In this document: positions 57,438 to 64,000 of the stretch, in pieces
How the letters are laid out: each line of letters opens with the position of its first letter
Position numbering within the stretch: the first letter of the stretch is position 1
NCBI RefSeq assembly: GCF_009914755.1
Contig: NC_060938.1
Direction: 5' to 3' (one strand)
DNA length: 64,000 nucleotides
Source: the human T2T-CHM13v2.0 reference genome, Homo sapiens
Made by a program: the position numbers and the translations under genes
The notes under the pieces: model-generated
Database searches by the model: none
The model's input: only the letters and a program-made list of their open reading frames with translations
Told to the model about the DNA's origin: nothing

Positions 57438-59568
57438 GGTTTTTTGCTTAGGATTGCCTTCTTCATTCAGGCTCTTTTTTGTTTGCATATGAATTTTAAA
57501 GTAGTTTTTTCTGATTCTGTGAAGAATGTCACTGGTAGTTTGATAGAAATAACATTGAATCTATAAATTGCTTTGGGCAGTATGTCCATTTAAAAAATAT
57601 TGATTCTTCCTACCCATGAGCGTGGAATGTTTTCCTGTTTGTTTGTGTCATCTCTAATTTCTTTGAGCAGTGTTTTGTAGTTCTCATAGTAGAGATCCTT
57701 CACTTTCCTGGTTAGCTGTATTCTGAGGTATTTTATTCTTTTTGTGTCTATTGTGAATGGGATTTTGTTCTTGATTGGCTCTGAGCTTGGATATTACTTG
57801 TGTATAGGGATGCCAGTGATTTTCATACATTTATTTTGTATCCTGAAACTTTGCTGAAGTTGTTTATCAGATCAAGGAGCTTTTGGGCAGAGACTATGGG
57901 GTTTTCTAGGTATAGAATAATATTATCTGCAAACATGGATAGTTTGACTTCCTCTCTTCCTATTTGAATGCTCTTTTTTTCTTTCTCTTGCCTGATTGCT
58001 CTGGCCATGACTGCCGTACTATGTTGAGTAGGAGTGATGAGAGAGGCCATCCTTGTCTTGTGCTGGTTTTCAAGGGGAATGCTTCCAGGTTTTGCCCATT
58101 CAGTATGATGTTGGGACAGAACTGGGAGGCATCACATTACTTGATTTCAAAATATCCTACAAGGCTACAGTAACCAAAACAGCATGGTATTGGCACAGAA
58201 ACAGACACTTGTGTCAATGGAACAGAATAGAGAGCCTAGAAGTAATGCCATACACCTACAATCATCTGATCTTTGACAAAGTCAACAAAAATAAGCAATG
58301 AGGAAAAGACTGCCTATTCAATAAATGGTGCTGGGATAACTGGCTAGCCATGTGCAGGAAATTAAAACGGGACACCTTCTTTACACCATATACAAAAAAT
58401 TAACTCAAGATAGATTAAAGACTTAAATGTAAAACCTAAAACTATAAAAACCCTGGAAGGTAACCTAGGAAATACCATTCTGGACATCAATCCTGGTAAA
58501 GATTTTATGACAAAGATGCCAAAAGCAATTGCAACAGTGACAAAAATTGACACCTGGGACCTAATTAAAGGAAAGAGCTTCTGCACAGCAAAGGAAACTA
58601 TCAACAGAGTAAACTAACAACCTACAGAATAGGAGAAACTATTTGCAAACTATCCATCCAACAAAGGTCTAATATTCAGAATCTATAAGAAACTTAAAAA
58701 AACTTACAAGCAAAAATGAGCAACCCTGTTAAAGAGTGGGCAAAGTACATGAACAGACACTTTTCAAAAGACATACACGTGGCCAACAAGTAAGTGAAAA
58801 AATGCTCAATGTCACTAATCATTATATAAATGCAAATCAAAACCACAAAGTGACATCATCGTATACCAGTCACAATGAATATTATTAAAAAGTCAAAAAA
58901 TAACAGATGCTGGCAAGGTTGTGGAGAAAAGTGAACACTTATACACTGCTGGTGGGAATGTAAATTAGTTTAGCTATTGTGGAAAGCAGGTTAGTGATTT
59001 CTGAAAGAACTTAAAACAGAATTACCATTCAACCCACCAATCCCATTAGTGAGTATATAGCCAAAGGAATATAAATTATTCTACCATAAAGATACGTGCA
59101 TGCATATGTTCATTGCAGCACCATTCACAGTAGCAAAGTCATGGAATCAACCTAAATGCCCATCAATGGTAGACTTGATAAAGAAAATGTGGTACATATA
59201 TGCTGTGGAATACTACATAGCCATAGAAAAGAATGAGATTATGTCCTTTGCAGCAACATGGATGGAGCTGGAGGCCATTATCCTAAGTAAACTAACACAG
59301 GGACAGAAAATCAAATAACGCCTGTTCTTACTTATAAGTGAGAGCTAAACATTGAGAGCACAGGGACACAAAGAAGGGAACAACAGACACCAGGGCCTAC
59401 TTGAGGATGGAGAATGGGAGGAGGGTAAGATTTGAAAAACCACCTATTGGATACTATGCCTATTACCTGGGTGATGAAGTAATCTATACACCAACCCCTG
59501 TGACATGCCAATTTAGCTATATAAAAAACCTGCACATATATCCCTGAACTTAAAAGTTAAAAAAAAAA
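57438..59568 (+). mobile_element. L1PA15/16-like element with 5' inversion (57438-58114 inverted)
   Basis: Strand switch at ~58115; the two segments adjoin in the L1 consensus; TSD core agttttg. Confidence 0.9.
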
Positions 59569-60319
59569 GTTTTGCCAGGTAAATATTTTTGTTTTGTAGT
59601 TTTTCTCCCAGTACTTATATCATCCCATTGTCTTCTGTCCTGCAAGGTTTCTGCTGGGAAATTATCTGATAGTCTGTTTGGGCGTCTCTTGAATGTGACA
59701 TGTGGCTTTTCTCTTGATTCTTTCAAAATTTTTCTCTTTGACTTTTGACAGTTTAATTCTAATGTGTCTCGGTATAGATCTTTTTGTGTTCAATCTAGAG
59801 AGTTTTGAGATTCATAAATCTGGATGTCTATGTTCCTCCCAGTATTTAGGAAGTTTTGGTGATTATTTCCTTAAATATACTCTTTGCCCCTTTCTATATT
59901 CTCCTTTTTGGACTTCCATAATGCATATATTTGTTCACCTGAGAGTGTCTCATGAGTCTTGTAAACTTTCTTTACTCTTTTCATTCTTTTCTTTCTGTTC
60001 CTCTGACTGGATAATGTCAGATGACTTGTCTTTGAGTTCACTCATTCTTTATTCTGCTTGAGTAAGTTGAAGCTCTCTCTTCAGTTCAGACATTGTATCT
60101 TCAATTCTAGTATTTGTGTTTGGTTCTTTATTTCTTCTGGCTTCTATTTATTAGTTGTACTTCTCATTTTGCTCACATATTGTTTTCCTGATTTAATTAG
60201 TCTATTTGTGTTTTCTTATAGCTCACTGAGCTTTTTAAAGATGGTTATTTTGATGTATTTGTCAAGCAGTTTATGTATCTCCATTTCCTTAGGGTCAATT
60301 TCTAGAACTGCAATAGTGT

Positions 60320-62401
60320 CCATGGAATAACTTAATCGATAAATATTGTGTAAGTTCTGACTGCCCCACTGACCAGTTGTTCCTCCATCTCTCTCCCTCT
60401 CCTCAGGCCTTCCTATTCCTTGAGACACAACAATATTAAAATTAGGCCAATTAACAACCCTCCAATGGCCTCTGAGTATTTAAGTGAAAGCAAGAGTCTC
60501 TCACTTTAAATCAAAAGCTGAAAATTATTATACTTCATGAGCAAGACATGCCCAAAGCTGAGATAAGCCAAAAGCTAGATCTCTTGTACCAAACAGCTAG
60601 CCAAGTTGTGAATGCAAAGGAAAAGTCTTGAAGAGAATTAAAAGTGCTACTCCAGTGAACACACAAATGATAAGGAAGCAAAACAGCCTTATTGCTGATA
60701 TGGAGAAGGTTTTAGTGGTCTATATAGAAAATCAAACCAGCTATAGCATTCCCTTAAGGCAGTGCCTAATCCAGAGTAAAACCCTAAGTCTCTTTAATTC
60801 TATGAAGGCTGAGAGAGGTCAGGAAGCTGCAGAAGAAAAGCTTGAAGCCAGAAGAGGTTGGTTCCTGAGGTTCAAGGAAAAAAGCCATCCCCATTACATG
60901 AAAGAGCAAGGTGAAGCAGCAAGTGCTGATGTAGCAGCAGCAAGTTATACAGATGGTCTACCTAAGATCAGATCTTCAATGTAGACCAAACAGTCTTCTA
61001 CTGGAAGAAGAGGCCACCTAGGATTTTCATGGCTAGAGAGGAGACGTCAATGCCTGGCTTCAAACTTCAAAGGGCGAGCTGGCCCTGTTGGTAAGGGCTG
61101 ATGTAGCTGGTGACTTTAAATTGAAGCCAATGCTCATTGACCATTCAAAAAATTCCAGGACCCTTAAGAATTATGCTCAGTCTTGTCTGCCTGTGCTTTA
61201 GAAATGGAACAACAAAGCCTGGATGACAGCACATCTATTTATAGGATGGTTTACTGAATATTGTAAACCCGCTGTTGAGACTTACTGCTCAGAAAAAGGA
61301 GACTCCTTTCAAAATATTACTGCTCGCTGACAATGCACCTGGTCATGCAAGAGCTCTGATGGAGATGTATAAGGAGAAAAATGTTGTTTACATTCCTGCT
61401 AACACAACATCCACTCTGCAGCCAATGGGTTCAAGGAGTAAGTTCAACTTTCAAGCTCATTATTTAAGAAATATGTTTTGCAAGGCTATAACTTCCATAG
61501 ATAGTGATTCCTCTGACTCATATGGGCAAAGCACATTGAAAACATTTGGAAAGGTTCACCATTCTAGATGCTATTAAGGACATTTATGATTCATGGGAGG
61601 TCAAAATATCAATATTAACAAGAGTTTGGAAGAAGTTGATTCTAACCCTCTTGGATGACTTTGTGGGGCTCAAGATTTCAGTGGAAGAAGTAACTGCAAA
61701 TGTGATGGAAATAGCCAGTGAACTAGAATTAGAAATGGAGCCTAACGATGTGACTGAATTGTTGCAATCTCATGGTCAAACTTGAACAGATGAAAAGTGG
61801 CCTTCCTATAGATAAACAAAGAAAGTGGTTTCTTGAGATAGAATCCACTCCTAGTGAAGATGCTGTGAACATTGTTGAAATGACAACAAAGGATTTAGGA
61901 TGCTGCGTAAACTTAGTTGATATAGCAGTGGAAGAGTTTGAGAGGATTTTGAAAGACTTTCTGCTGTGGATAAAATGCTCTCAAACAGCATCATATGCTA
62001 CAGAGAAATCTTTCATGAAAGGAAGAGTCAGTTGATGAGGCAAACTTCATTGTTGTCTTATTTTAAGGTAACAGCCACCCCAACCTTCAGCAACTACCTG
62101 TCCTGATCATTCAACAGCCATAACATTGAGACATCCTCCATAAATAAAAAGATTATGTTTCACTGAGGGATCAGTGATTTTTAGCTTTTTTTTTTTTAGC
62201 AATAAAGTATTTTTAATTAAGGTATGCACATGGTTTTTTAAAGATATCCTGCTATTGCACATTTAAGAAACTACAGTATAGTGTAAACATAACTTTTATA
62301 TGCACTGGGAAATAAAAAAATTGTGTGACTTGCTTTGTTGTGATTTTTGCTTTATTGTGATGGTCTGGAGCTAAACCTGCACTATATCCAAGGTATGACT
62401 G
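60320..62401 (+). mobile_element. Tigger1 DNA transposon, 5' end missing, decayed pogo-type transposase
   Basis: [25 protein letters not shown]; [13 protein letters not shown]; 3' TIR ccaaggtatgactg. Confidence 0.95.
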
Positions 62402-62929
62402 CATTTTCAATTCTCTTGGGTGCATACCTAGGAGTGGAATTGCTGAGTTACATTTGGAATTTTAAACATGTCTAAACAGGGCCCTTTTTGTGCAACCCTG
62501 ATTAGGCAATCCTATAAGTCTTGTGTTGCCGCCTTCTGAGTCATTGCTATGACACTCTACTTATTTAGAAAGCATGTAATCAAATCTACAGTTTAACATA
62601 GCTATGGCTAAGAGTCCTTCATGCACTTCTTTAGACTTCTCACTAAGTACTCATAAGCACAGAAAAAGATGAAATTGAAATTAATAGATTCCGGAAGAAA
62701 CATGAACTCTTTTGAAATAACCAAACTTGCCTTTCTCTAACCTCTCTCTAACTGAACTAAGCTTTCTCTTTCCTTAGCTAGACTTGAACTTATTTCTAGT
62801 GTTCCCCATCCCTCACCCCTGCCCCAACCTGAAAGCATGGAGAAAGACCATATCTTAACTGTTTGTCTCTGACTCAGATATTCAAAGGTCATAATAGTGC
62901 ATATGCCAGAGTGGTTATAAGCATGTTTT

Positions 62930-63430
62930 AACTTCTTTAACTTAGTGAAAATGTGTAGGGAATGTTTAATATCTGTCAGATTGTAGAGGAAAAAACAAAT
63001 AGGGAAAAATGAAAGTTTGTAGCTGAAGAAATAGTAATGTAGTTTAAGATGGAACAAGAGCAGTTGAAATAGAATAAATTATCGAAGATGCAATTGAAGA
63101 AAACTCTCCTAAGCTTGAAAAAAAAATTGTGGATATCTGATGAAATCTGGCTTCCAGGAAAAATGAACAAAAGAGACTCACAGAAGGATACATTCTGGTA
63201 AAATTTTTGTGTTATAAAGGAAAAGCTTCTAGTAGCATACAGACTGAAAAATTCTGTTGCCCACAGAGTAACGAAAAGTAAGCTGCATCATCACACTTAT
63301 TTATGGAGCATTAAGGCTAAAAGGTAATGGAGCAATGTCTGTATAGTTTTGGGAAGAAAAAAATATTGGGACTTACTTAAAAATGTTATACCCATCCATA
63401 GTTAAGCCATTACTACAAGAATTGTTATTA
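62930..63430 (+). mobile_element. HAL1/old L1 ORF1 remnant
   Basis: IIEDAIEENSPKL, ccaggaaaaatgaacaaa, taaaggaaaagcttctagtagcatacaga, atgttatacccatcc resemble L1 ORF1 motifs. Confidence 0.55.
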
Positions 63431-64000
63431 ACAAAAATGTTTCTTCTCCAAAAAAGCAGAGTTATTTTGAGTAACATAAGGGCCATTTTCTACACTTTTT
63501 CTTGTGTCTTTGGAGATTATATTGAATAATCTCTTCATATTACCTTCAATCTGTGAATGTTTTTACATTAAATTCATTAATATAAGCATATGAAATAGTA
63601 TATCAATTATGATTAAAAAAAGTTAAGAAAAAATTATTTACCAAGCTAAAATATTAACTGTGACAGGTGATAAGATTGAACATTATCATCATTTTTATAT
63701 TTTCTAATATTTTCCAAACATTCTACTCTATGCATGAATTGCTTATTTTTTCTTTAACTTATTTAAAAATAATTAAAACTTTTTAATAAATACAAATATT
63801 TATAAGCCAAAACAGTGAGGTCTTTACAATTTTATATTTGCCATGTAGATAAAGTGACTGAAAGGAAGCACACAAAATCTTAGTAGTGAGTTGTTTTATC
63901 TTTTTCCATATTTTGCAGATTTTATGTAATGAGTTTCATGCTGCTTTTATGATGGAAAAAGATCCTTTATTCAAAAATAAAAATTTAATTTCATTAATTA

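Larger units (their letters stand above)
52395..60315 (-). mobile_element. Long old L1M (L1MA9/10-like) hosting AluJ and a younger L1
   Basis: Antisense 3' UTR at 52395, ORF2 remnants ([11 protein letters not shown]...ISIDAEKA), continuing toward ORF1. Confidence 0.9.

Noticed and set aside
60628-62035. Tigger ORFs as a domesticated TIGD-like gene
   Set aside because: Split over several frames with stops and an internal deletion; an ordinary decayed Tigger1.
50573-62680. Assigning the fossil gene to TEX14 or another named family, or naming the host gene
   Set aside because: Only vague resemblances from memory; no diagnostic domain is readable in the window, so a database search is needed.

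Overview
Primate (most likely human) non-coding genomic DNA, rich in repeats: Alu, L1, L2, MIR, MaLR LTRs, Tigger/MADE1/Charlie DNA elements and microsatellites. I found no intact protein-coding gene, RNA gene or CRISPR array. The main observation concerns the 'unique' DNA between the repeats from ~52 kb down to ~1 kb. It reads as a chain of about 30 decayed coding exons, all on the minus strand. Most start at a pyrimidine-rich AG acceptor and many end at a GT donor. Most junctions are phase 1, and several small exons have lengths divisible by 3. Reading frames of 60-125 codons carry only occasional stops and encode Ser/Lys/Glu/Gln/Pro-rich, disorder-like peptide. My hand estimate is roughly 15 kb of fossil CDS, i.e. 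a very large (~5,000 aa) protein gene that died in place (a candidate unitary pseudogene) and that I cannot name. FLAM, AluJ, AluS, THE1D, Tigger4 and L1PA elements sit inside these exons and date the loss. Secondary observations: a probable L1 3' transduction, a twin-primed L1, a hAT-Charlie transposase fossil, a 117-bp local templated duplication and a perfect 44-bp tandem duplication. Repeat subfamily names come from recalled consensus sequences, exon boundaries were read by eye, and nothing was searched.
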